Shown in pieces: positions 41,348 to 53,227 of a DNA stretch of 64,000 nucleotides. This stretch comes from Octopus sinensis (Eukaryota). Each line of letters starts with the position of its first letter. Positions within the stretch are counted from its first letter, which is position 1. The stretch spans positions 80,724,001 through 80,788,000 of the forward strand of contig NC_043006.1 of assembly GCF_006345805.1 (NCBI RefSeq), in the 5' to 3' direction. A program made the position numbers and the translations under genes. The notes below the pieces were generated by a model that was not told where the DNA came from, made no database searches, and saw only the letters and a list, made by a program, of their open reading frames with translations.

Positions 41348-41378
<31 letters not shown>

Positions 41379-41403
41379 CTATCTATCTATCTATCTATCT
41401 ATC

Positions 41404-43165
41404 TCTGCATACGCGGACGACGTCACCGTCATAGTGTCTAGCCACGAGCACATCGAGCAGGTCGGCGAGACACTGAAAAAAACTACGAAGCGGTGACAGG
41501 AGCGAAAATCAACCGGGAAAAGTCAGTGGGCTTGCGACTAGGCACCTGGGAGAAGAAAGCCCATGCCGTCCACCAGCGCCTCCGTCGTGGGACGCTGGAC
41601 CGACGGCCCGGTTGAGTTGCTCGGGGTCTGGTTTGGTCCGGACCTCCAAGGGGAAAGAACTGGAACGAGATAACGAGTAGGGTGGTCACTCTCGCGGCAA
41701 TGGGCGAGAGGGAAACTGTCCCTAAATGGTCGGGCGGAGTCGTGGCGAACACGTACATCGCGTCCGTCATCTATCTACCGCTGACCGTCGTACCTTGTCC
41801 CGACCCTACCATCAACAAACTACAACGCATTCTCTTTCGCTTCTTGTGGAAAGGATGCGTCCCGATGGTCAGGCGATCCATTTGCTGTCAACACCCGTAA
41901 AAGGAGGGCTGGGCATGCCGTGGTTGATGATGCGCAGACACGCGCTGAGACTGCGACATCTGGCTCTATGTAGACGACGGTGAACAGGTGTGGTCGCCGT
42001 TTGTGAAGCACGCTTTCCCGCAGCTCGTCTCCATGACCGAACTGCAGTCGTGGATCAAAAAGAGGCCGAAGAAGGGCGAATGGCACCGCGAGTGTGGCGT
42101 TGCTCACAAGCAACTCTGCCGTCCTGGGTCGACCTTGAGTGACTTCAACACAACCAAAGCATTCTATAGGGGTTTAGTGGAGGGGAGGTACGACGACGAG
42201 CTCGGGGCGAACCTGGACGTCGACGAGGAGTACCTGACCCGCTGTTCAAGACGACTTTCGGGCCAGGGCCCATGGACAACTTCCAGAGATCCCTGGCCTG
42301 GCAGTGCTACCGAGAAGCGCTACCCGTTCGGGATAAGCTCTAACAGACACGGCTCGAGAAACACGGGGCCGACCTGCCCGAGATGCGGTCAGAGCGACGA
42401 AACCGTTCTGCACGCACTCGTGCAGTGTCCAACAATTCCGACCTGTGGGCTTGTGTCGAACAACTGCTGTCACGTGTGGGACGAGTCGGTTATCAGCTGA
42501 GTCTATCGTCAATATTGTCACGCTCCTTCCTTCAAACGGGAAGGAAGAGCTATTTTCATCATCCTTGTGGCTATGGCGAAAGAATGTATCTGGTGGACGC
42601 GTCTGAAAGGATTGGAGACAAACACTTTCCTCTCTGGTCAATCTCTCATCAACTTCTTCAAGTACCACTTGAAAAGGAAAGGGAGTAGGAGAGGCAAGTT
42701 TTGTCTAGCATGTTTTAAAAAAAGATGGGTGAATGTAGCAAGAATGGCACGTATGAATGACGAAGCCACCTTGAGCATGATCCTATGAACCCAGAATTGA
42801 AAACAGAGAGTTGCTTATTTGCAAAAAAAAAAAAAAAAAAGAAATATAACATGTGACTCCATTGACCGAGGTTACCGTGGTCTTTTCCGTAGGCTTTTCT
42901 TTCCACGGGTAAACCTCACTGTCCTCCCCCTTTACACTTATATTGACATTTCTGTGATAACGATCCCTATTGATCATTTTTTTTTCTCTCCCTCTTTTTT
43001 TTAACCCCCTTTTTTTGTCCGCTTTCTCTCCTTTTACGATCCCTTTTGATCGAAACTCCCCCTTCCGTTTTTTTTAATTTTTTATTTTTTTAAACCTTCA
43101 AAAGAAAAGCTCTACCTTGTAATTTGTTCTATCTGTGTGCAGCCCTATGTGGCTAATAAAGAAAC
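41404..43165 (+). mobile_element. Second, 5'-truncated Tx1-like LINE inserted directly after the first
   Basis: Starts at tctGCATACGCGGACGAC (AYADD), contains CPRCGQSDETVLHALVQC, and has the same 3' terminus followed by (TATC)n. Confidence 0.9.
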
Positions 43166-43620
43166 ATATCTATCTATCTATCTATCGAAATAGCTATCTG
43201 TTTAGTATTGCATGTAATATTTTATTAAAATTAAAGATTTTCTGCATGTAATATTTTATTAAAACTAAAAATTTTCTGCGTGTAATATTTTATTAAAACT
43301 AACGATCACTACCTCTAGCTTTTTGCCCAAAAACCTAAATGTAAATAAGTCGTGACTTCTTCAGCAGATTAGACTGTATATTACCTATAGACATGTTCCA
43401 ATCATTGACTTATGTTTTATACAGAATAAGTTAACAATAATACTGTTGTTATGTTTAACCATCGGCTAAGAGAATAGTTGTTTTAATGAGATGTTAACAA
43501 AAATCAGAACAAGATTAGAAAGTGTGGTGGTGGTAAAGATGACGATAGGGATTATCGTGATTATTGTATTAGCTGTAATGGTGGGGGATGTTGCTGATGC
43601 GGATGCTGTTGCTGTTGCTG

Positions 43621-43988
43621 TTGAGCGAACGGTCTTCGTCGCAGAGTTCGAAAGATGGGGGAAGTCCGAAACGTGGTCCTTTGCTATTCGTAAGACCCGC
43701 AGAAGAGAAAGCAGGTCAACCCCCGACACCGAGAGCATCGACGGATGGATGAATGCGCATCCAGGTTCAGCGGTTGCGTAGGGCGTCGGGGACAAGAAAC
43801 AGGAAGAAAGAGTGTGAGAAAGTTGGGGCGAAAGAGTACAACAGGGGTCACTACCACCCCCTACCGGAGCATCGTAGAGCTTTAGGTGTTTTCGCTCAAT
43901 AAACACACACAACGCCCGGTCTGGGAATCGAAACCGCGATCCTCCGACCGCGAGTCCGCTGCCCTAACCATTGGGCCATTGCGCCTCC
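43621..43988 (-). mobile_element. tRNA-headed SINE with a GC-rich 3' module
   Basis: Minus head ggaggcgcaatggcccaatggttagggcagcggac...ggtttcgattccc. Confidence 0.75.
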
Positions 43989-44586
43989 TGCTGCTGCTGA
44001 TGGTGACGACGATGATGATGGTGGCGGCGGTGTTGGTGGTAATGGTGACGACGACGACGATTATGATCATGATCACGATCATAGTGATGTCTCATGGTAT
44101 TAACGCAAAATACCAAATATAGTACCTTTATTTCACGGATTGTCTCATAGTTTACTGTATTGACTTCGTGAAGCTGAAAGGAGATATAGTCGACCATGCT
44201 GGCATTTGAAATAAGAACGCAAGCAGCCTTAAATAAGTACAGTAAGATAATTTGTCTGGTACCGTTAATTCTCCCAATCCTCTACCTCAAGCATGTTTAC
44301 AATGGTGATGATGACAGCGGTGCGGTTGATCAGATTCAGAGGTGCACTCAAATACTAAACAAAAATTTCTTAAATGTAATAACGTAAATATTCTACTGTA
44401 TTTTATCTTATTTCACTTCATTTCATTTTATTTCCTTGGAAAATTTGAAGATTTTCTGTTGTACTTGTATATAAACTAACTGGTAATTCCTTTATTTCAT
44501 CTAACTAGCTTTAATTTTACCGATATACTATATATACACAGGCAAAAACCGTTGTGTATATATATATATATACACACACACACAAA

Positions 44587-44629
<43 letters not shown>

Positions 44630-44855
44630 TACTCTTTACTCTTTTACTCTTTTACTTGCTTCAGTCATTTGACTGCGGCCATGCTGGAGCACCGCCTTTA
44701 CTCGAGCAAATCGACCCGGGACTTATTCTTTGTAAGTCTAGTACTTATTTTATCGGACTCTTTTGCCGAACTGCTAAGTTACGGGAATGTAAACACACCA
44801 GCATCGGTTGTCAAGCGATGCTGGGAGGGGACAAACACAGACACACAGACACACT

Positions 44856-44890
<35 letters not shown>

Positions 44891-45088
44891 GTATATATAT
44901 ATATATATATATAAATATATACATATATACGACGGGCTTCTTTCAGTTTCCGTCTACCAAATCCACTCACAAGGCTTTGGTCGGCCCTAGGCTATAGTTG
45001 AAGACACTCTCCCAAGATGCCACGCAGTGGGACTGAACCCGGAACCATGTGGTTGGTAAGCAAGCTACTTACCACCCAGTACTCCTGC
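44630..45088 (-). mobile_element. SINE family A, full length
   Basis: Matches the other family A copies. Confidence 0.9.
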
Positions 45089-45089
45089 T

Positions 45090-45167
<78 letters not shown>

Positions 45168-45208
45168 TATATATGTATGTATGTATGTATGTATATATAT
45201 ATATATAT

Positions 45209-47289
45209 AAGTATGAAATCACTGTGATACAGGTCTATATTTTTAAATGTCTTACTTTGAAAAATGCATTCGGTGGGATTAGTAATATTTTTGGTAGAAA
45301 TGACTGATTGTCCCTCTTAGCGTTTGGCATGTATGTAGAATGCCTCCTGGCATGTATGTATAATGCCCTCTATATATAAATTAATATGTTCAATAAGAAA
45401 TAATTATTTTCGAAATTTTTTCTCTTATGAGGTTTTTACGCTATCTACCTGACAATTTCTTGTTAAGTTTTCCTTATTAAGTAGTTGTCCTTAATTGCTA
45501 AATTTTTATTCCGAAAAAACTTTTCCTCTCCCGAAATGCAATTCGTAAAAAAGTTGCCATTTCCCGGATGTAATATATATAAACTCACCCATGTGCTTCG
45601 TTGATGTTGATCAGTTAGCTGATCGGCTTAAGCGAGGCAGGGTCGTTGTTTATTTATAATACATTCAGGCCTGCTGATGATTACGTAAGTATGAATCACT
45701 GTGATACAGGTCTATATTTTTAAATGTCTTACTTTGAAAAATTGCATTCGGTGGGATTAGTAATATTTTTGGTAGAAATGACTGATTGTCCCTCTTAGCG
45801 TTTGGCATGTATGTAGAATGCCTCCTGGCATGTATGTATAATGCCCTCTATATATAAATTAATATGTTCAATAAGAAATAATTATTTTCGAAATTTTTTC
45901 TCTTATGAGGTTTTTACGCTATCTACCTGACAATTTCTTGTTAAGTTTTCCTTATTAAGTAGTTGTCCTTAATTGCTAAATTTTTATTCCGAAAAAACTT
46001 TTCCTCTCCCGAAATGCAATTCGTAAAAGTTTGCCATTTACCCGGATGTAATTATATATAACTCACCCATGTGCTTCGTTGATGTTGATCAGTTAGCTGA
46101 TCGGCTTAAGCGAGGCAGGGTCGTTGTTTATTTATAATACATTCAGGCCTGCTGATGATTACGTAAGTATGAAATCACTGTGATACAGGTCTATATTTTT
46201 AAATGTCTTACTTTGAAAAATTGCATTCGGTGGGATTAGTATATTTTTGGTAGAAATGACTGATTGTCCCTCTTAGCGTTTGGCATGTATGTAGAATGCC
46301 CTGGCATGTATGTATAATGCCCTCTATATATAAATTAATATGTTCAATAAGAAATAATTATTTTCGAAATTTTTTCTCTTATGAGGTTTTTACGCTATCT
46401 ACCTGACAATTTCTTGTTAAGTTTTCCTTATTAAGTAGTTGTCCTTAATTGCTAAATTTTTATTCCGAAAAAACTTTTCCTCTCCCGAAATGCAATTCGT
46501 AAAAGTTTGCCATTTACCCGGATGTAATATATAAACTCACCCATGTGCTTCGTTGATGTTGATCAGTTAGCTGATCGGCTTAAGCGAGGCAGGGTCGTTG
46601 TTTATTTATAATACATTCAGGCCTGCTGATGATTACGTAAGTATGAAATCACTGTGATACAGGTCTATATTTTTAATGTCTTACTTTGAAAAATTGCATT
46701 CGGTGGGATTAGTAATATTTTTGGTAGAAATGACTGATTGTCCCTCTTAGCGTTTGGCATGTATGTAGAATGCCTCCTGGCATGTATGTATATGCCCTCT
46801 ATATATAAATTAATATGTTCAATAAGAAATAATTATTTTCGAAATTTTTTCTCTTATGAGGTTTTTACGCTATCTACCTGACAATTTCTTGTGTAAGTTT
46901 TCCTATTAAGTAGTTGTCCTTAATTGCTAAATTTTTATTCCGAAAAAACTTTTCCTCTCCCGAAATGCAATTCGTAAAAGTTTGCCATTTACCCGGATGT
47001 AATATATATAAACTCACCCATGTGCTTCGTTGATGTTGATCAGTTAGCTGATCGGCTTAAGCGAGGCAGGGTCGTTGTTTATTTATAATACATTAGGCCT
47101 GCTGATGATTACGTAAGTATGAAATCACTGTGATACAGGTCTATATTTTTAAATGTCTTACTTTGAAAAATTGCATTCGGTGGGGTTAGTAATATTTTGG
47201 TTAGAAATGACTGATTGTCCCTCTTAGCGTTTGGCATGTATGTAGAATGCCTCCTGGCATGTATGTATAATGCCCTCTATATATAAATT
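45209..47289 (+). mobile_element. Head-to-tail array of a ~476-bp ORF-less unit (4.4 copies), each unit with a hammerhead; retrozyme/Penelope-pLTR-like
   Basis: Predicted cleavage sites after 45229, 45706, 46185, 46659 and 47135 (spacing 477/479/474/476); (TA)n on both flanks. Confidence 0.85.
46145..46192 (+). ncRNA. Type I hammerhead ribozyme (other copies at 45667-45713, 46619-46666, 47095-47142)
   Basis: AGGCCTG-CTGATGA-T TAC GTAA GTA T-GAA-ATCAC T GTGAT-A-CAGGTCT. This gives a 7-bp stem I with one G.U, a stem II with a GNRA loop, a 5-bp stem III and an AUA site. Confidence 0.8.
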
Positions 47290-47362
47290 TATATATATAT
47301 ATATATATATATATACATTCATATATATGTGTGCATATATATAAGCATATCTGCGTGCATGC

Positions 47363-47394
<32 letters not shown>

Positions 47395-48879
47395 TATACG
47401 TACATATGTATACATTGCATAACTGCATACACTCACACATATAGTGTACACGTATATATGTATGCCATTCAGTGCCAACGCTGAATGTATGGAAGGGGTG
47501 AAAAAGACACCTTACATGAATTTTCTTGACGATCTAATTATTTCTATCTAATGAAATTCCTCACTCCATACAAGGCTTAATTACTAAGTCATGGGTTACA
47601 TCGTCCTGGCCATTTCTAAAAAGACTGAAATGATACCGTATATAATTACTTCCACAAGAAATTTTAGTAACATCTTAATAAAGAACTAAATACGGGAATT
47701 TATTCCATTATTTTCTTTATAATTCCTAACATGCAAATTCAAAATTTTAAGCTTATTCTAAACAAAACACGATCTCTCTTATAGTAGCTGCGAACTGTTT
47801 TGTATTGAAAATAAATTAATATGAATGCAGAGTAACACTTTTTAATGATCATTCTTATGTGGGTGGCTTTTGATGACTGAGAGAGTTTGAGTTTCTTGCC
47901 ATCCTACAGGCTTACCTGGGATATTGAACGGTAGAAGTCTCTTCTTCAAAACCTCAACGCCGTATCCCTCAGCATTTTGCAAGATATAGAACTGTTCTAG
48001 GTAGAACCTTGAAGTAAATCTGTTTTTGAATAATGTGACTATATCAAGAAATTTTTCAAAGACCATTTTTAAACACTCACACACACACACACATACACAA
48101 ACACACGCAAACAGGCATGTCCTTCTCTATGCCTGAGTATATGTCTACGGCTAACAAATTTATTCTGACTCTCAGTCAGTCTACTCGAAATTCTCTTTTA
48201 CCTCTTCCATCTTTCTTTTCGCCTTGCCATGCGTGGCGTGCACCAGCAAGCACATTTAATAAACCATAGACGAAGACTGATAGCTTACTCAGTAAACGCG
48301 GAACACAGCGAATGAAACTTTACGCAAGATCATACAACACATACAAATCTATTCATAAAATGGAACATGTAAATTACTTAAAATAGATACATCAGTATCT
48401 TTTCTCGAGCTATTTAATTAATCCGTTAATGACAAACAAGCACGGGAGAGCTTGTGAATATTACATTACTACTAACTTATTTTTGTTTGAATATTGCATT
48501 TTTGTCAAGCAAGTATTAATTTAGAAATGTGTTTCTATATTTTGCAATGACTGCTAAAGAATTTAACTTGATACATCGTAGAACATTTCTTATTCTGTTT
48601 ACAGAGATTTATGTTTGCTCGGGGACAAGATAATTCTCAAGTATACAGTTTTTATTTAAGTAGTTCTATACGTTTTGTTTTCATTTATTTCTTTCAGGAA
48701 TGTTTGTGGTATTTCGGCATTTACTTTTCGGGAATAATGAAATTTTATTCTAGATACTCGAAAAAAGCATAAATCTAAGATAAAAAAAACCGTTAAACTC
48801 CATAAATTTCAAGAATTTGAAAGGAGAAACATTAAACATAAGCGGGAAATTTTAATAAACAAATACTGTCATCACAGAA

Positions 48880-49115
<236 letters not shown>

Positions 49116-49994
49116 GTAGCTAGCTAGCTAACAATATGATGTCTTGATAACATGTTAGCTTACTGATGAAGGATTACATGTAATACGATGCAATTAATGT
49201 TCCTAATAGGCTCCCGTTCGTGATTCGTAAACACTACTAGCAGTTGTAAACACACACGTAAGCAAAAAGCGAAAACATGGCTTCACGTATTTATACGTTA
49301 GTACTAAAAGTTTTCTGACAAAATATAATTTATTTAACAGTAACTGATATGTTCAATTTGTCGCTTCAGCATATTTTAACAAATAATTGTCTCTAGGTTC
49401 TCTCTTCAATATCAAGTGCCGAGTAAAACTCAACACTTTTTATGGGTAGACTAGCAGAAAGGGAGAAAATAAAGTTGAAATCAATGTAGCGAAAGCAAAC
49501 GTCACGGGTGGTCAACTTAATCTTAAGCAGACAGCAAATCAATTTAGAATGTCAACTGACCTGACAAACAAGCAGGAAGACATAAGTATTAAGTTAAAGG
49601 TGTAGGATTTGGGGATCAGTGGAGGAAAGTGTGTTGGCAAAAAGAAGAAATGTTACAAGGAATAAGTATAATGGTTCTTACAATTAGTAGAATATATGAA
49701 GAGTTGCCACACAGTTTCCGTCTCCCAAATTCAATAAGTAAACATACTTGTGATTATAGTAGAACACAATTGCCTCTGCCGCCGTGGGACTAAACCTGAA
49801 ACCTCGTGGCTGCGAAGCTAACAAGTTAACTACACAAATATGCATGTACCTTTATAAATATAACGAATTGAATATTTGAAGGTATATAAGAATTACGAGC
49901 GAATATTGAGATAGCTGTTTCAAAATCAAGCATCTATCGCACTTTGAAGCGTTTTCGCTAGAAAAATAATATTCCAAGAATAGGTCATACTCTT

Positions 49995-50575
49995 ACTGAA
50001 GATGATCCAGATGAAGAGTGGATTTCTGCGAGTGTTGCTTGGCATGTTGTGTAGATAATGCACACTTTCCAACAAACATTGTTTGGAGCGATGAGGTGAC
50101 ATTTTAACTAAATAACTCAGCTTACGGCCAAAATAAAAGGGACTGGAGAACTGTTATATTACACAGAAATATCATTTTAATATACCGAGATTTACAGTAT
50201 GATCAAAAACAATAAATGGACCTTTTTTTCACGATCTTGCGACTGTCTTCGCTTTTAAAGATGCTTGCATTTCCTGAGACAATCTGTCATACCAAACATT
50301 TATGACGGCTTTGAAGATACTGCTTTGAAGATATTGTTTCTAGCAAGACGCAAGACTCTCACACTAGCACCACAGCAATGTAAAAGCCTACCGTGATGAC
50401 ATTTTACCAAATAGCTGAATAGGACAAAGTGGTTGTGCAGAATACGCTTAGCGTTCAACAGACCTCATACCACGAGGTATGTTTTTATGCAGATATTTGA
50501 AAGACCGAGTTAACGCTACGAAACCGGCGGTGGCCGACAAACTGTGGAGAAAATGCGCACAGATACCGAACAAAA
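49995..50575 (+). mobile_element. Decayed Tc1/mariner (IS630-like) transposase
   Basis: EDDPD..DFCE...[13 protein letters not shown] and RSTDLIP...YLKDRVNATKP, with stops and frameshifts. Confidence 0.7.
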
Positions 50576-50738
50576 TGTTTCGTCATGTTTGCGGTTCTAT
50601 TGCTTCAGCTGAGTTTGCATCTTCTAGCAAATGAGTGTCCACCACTGAGTGTGAGCACAGATAGCTCGAAACCGGACAGTCTGGTCATTGCGACATCGTC
50701 ACTAGAACATATTAGGGGTTCGCATCCCTGCTTGCATA

Positions 50739-50782
<44 letters not shown>

Positions 50783-50786
50783 CATA

Positions 50787-51008
50787 TACTCTTTTACTCT
50801 TTTACTTGTTTCAGTCATTTGACTGCGGCCATGCTGGAGCACCGCCTGTAATCGATCAACTCGACCCCGGGACTTATTCTTTTGTAAGCCCAGTACTTAT
50901 TCTATCGGTCTTTTTGCCGAAACTGCTAAGTAACGGGGACATAAAACACACCAGCATTGTTGTCAAGCAATCCTAGGGGGACAAACAGACACACAAACAC
51001 ACACACGC

Positions 51009-51078
<70 letters not shown>

Positions 51079-51233
51079 CGGGCTCTTTCAGTTACCGTCT
51101 ACCAAATCCACTCACAAGGCTTGGTCGCCCGAGGCTATAGTAGAAGACACTTGCCCAAGGTGCCACGCAGTGGGATTGAACGCGGAACCAGTGGCTGGAA
51201 AACAAGCTACTTACCACACAGCCACTCCTCCCT
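50787..51233 (-). mobile_element. SINE family A, full length
   Basis: Matches the other family A copies. Confidence 0.9.
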
Positions 51234-51291
51234 ATATATATATATATATGTGGGGTGTGTGTGTGTGTGTGTGTATATGTAACATATATAA

Positions 51292-51331
<40 letters not shown>

Positions 51332-51483
51332 AGTGAAGATTGATTCGATAACCGACTGGAAGAGTTCCTCGTGGGGTTATCGTCGGCTCCAACACAGCAG
51401 CCATGTTGAAGTAGTGATAAACATTATTTCTCAGTGTAGTTACTACATTCAACGGTTATAGAGATTCTCTAACCTGCTACTTG

Positions 51484-51517
<34 letters not shown>

Positions 51518-51521
<4 letters not shown>

Positions 51522-51837
51522 GTAAAGACCCCCTTCGGTCATGAATGACCATGGGATTGCACCTAGACACAAGTCCGGGCAAGGTTGTTTATGGAAGACC
51601 AGCAGTCGCCCATGCATACCAGCCTCCCCTTTCCACGCCACCAGTGTTATCCAAGGGAAAGACAAAGGTCGATACAGCTTGGCACCTGTGACGTCGCAAC
51701 TCATTTCTACAGCTGAGTGAACTGGAGCAACGTGAAATAAATGCCTTGCTCAAGAACACAACACGCAGCCCGGTCCGGGATTCGAGCTCACAACCTCACG
51801 ATCGTAAGCTCGACGCTCTAACCACTGAGCCATGCGC
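51518..51837 (-). mobile_element. SINE family C, full length
   Basis: Minus head gcgcatggctcagtggttagagcgtcg...gagctcgaatccc; near-identical to 59421-59758. Confidence 0.9.
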
Positions 51838-51844
51838 ATATATA

Positions 51845-51905
<61 letters not shown>

Positions 51906-51934
51906 TATTTATATAATATAATATATATATATAT

Positions 51935-52005
<71 letters not shown>

Positions 52006-52021
52006 ATATATATATATATAG

Positions 52022-52119
<98 letters not shown>

Positions 52120-52130
52120 TTATATATATA
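51838..52130. repeat. Long (TA)n microsatellite
   Basis: Direct reading. Confidence 0.95.
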
Positions 52131-52981
52131 TGCTAAATTGAAACAATAGACATTAACCTACATATATATTGCAAGATAAGTTTGTGAGAAAATATTCCTG
52201 CCAAAAGACTACGTATTTTTGATTTATGTATTTTAGATTAATACTTATAATTGCTCATGATATATAATTCAGTTATATTATATTCTATTATATTGCAATA
52301 TAATGTACTATCATTGTTGAATTAATGGAAAAGCTGGAAGACATAATTAAAGTTAACATAAATGCTGAACAGAGTAGGATAAAACATTTAATCTGGATTA
52401 TATATTGTTTGTAACACATGTATCGTTTTGATTTTGTTGGGAGAAACGTGAGAGCGTCGGAAAATACCTTGCTGTATTCAGCTCCCACTTAGATCATCTT
52501 TGGCTTTCGTCTTTTGGGGATCGATGAAATAAAGTTCCCATTTAGTACTGGGGTCGACATAATAGTCCGATCGTTTACCCTCGAAATTGTTGGACCTGCA
52601 CTTAAATTACCAAACGCATCGTAGTGAACTTTGTATATCTGCCCTTTCTCTTCTACTTGTACCAGTCACTGGACTACGGCCGCTCTGGTGCACTGCTTTG
52701 TTGGGGGTTTAGTCGAGCAACTCGACCCCAGTACTTATGTTGTAACAACGTCTGCTGCTCATACTTTCAGTCTCTTTTATCGAAATTTCTAAGTTACGGG
52801 AATCAGCAAACCAGTAATGGTTGTCATATGGTTGAAGGAGAACATTTACAAGCACAAAGACACACACACACACATACACGAACGCGCACAGACACACGAA
52901 CACACAGAGACAGACAGACAGACTCACACACACACACACACGCACGCATGCACGCATATCTACATAGGTAAGCACCCCACA

Positions 52982-53227
52982 AACATTATTAGGGCGAAAG
53001 GCTGATGGTGTGGCCGCCAGCATCTCCGGATCTCAGCCCTATTGAAAATCTTTGGCCCATCATTAAACAAGACGTTTATGCTGATGAACGCCAATTTACG
53101 TCGAAAGGCGGCTATCATATCTGCAGCAGAGGCGGTCCAACCTGCTGCTATTGAGAAATTGACAGATTCCATGACTAATAGGGTTTTTATAGTTATCTGT
53201 GGAAATGGCGCTCAAGTGGTGAAATAA
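52982..53227 (+). mobile_element. Tc1 transposase C-terminal fragment
   Basis: MVWPPASPDLSPIENLWPIIKQDVY...IEKLTDSMTNRVFIVICGNG (WPxxSPDLxPIENxW motif). Confidence 0.85.

Noticed and set aside
43621-43720. HDV-like ribozyme
   Set aside because: A P1-like helix exists, but I found no P3/L3 consensus, P1.1 or nested P2.
51770-51837. tRNA gene (also the heads at 5843, 12789, 13092, 43900, 59700)
   Set aside because: A/B boxes are present but they continue into SINE bodies, and no complete cloverleaf with an acceptor stem is evident.
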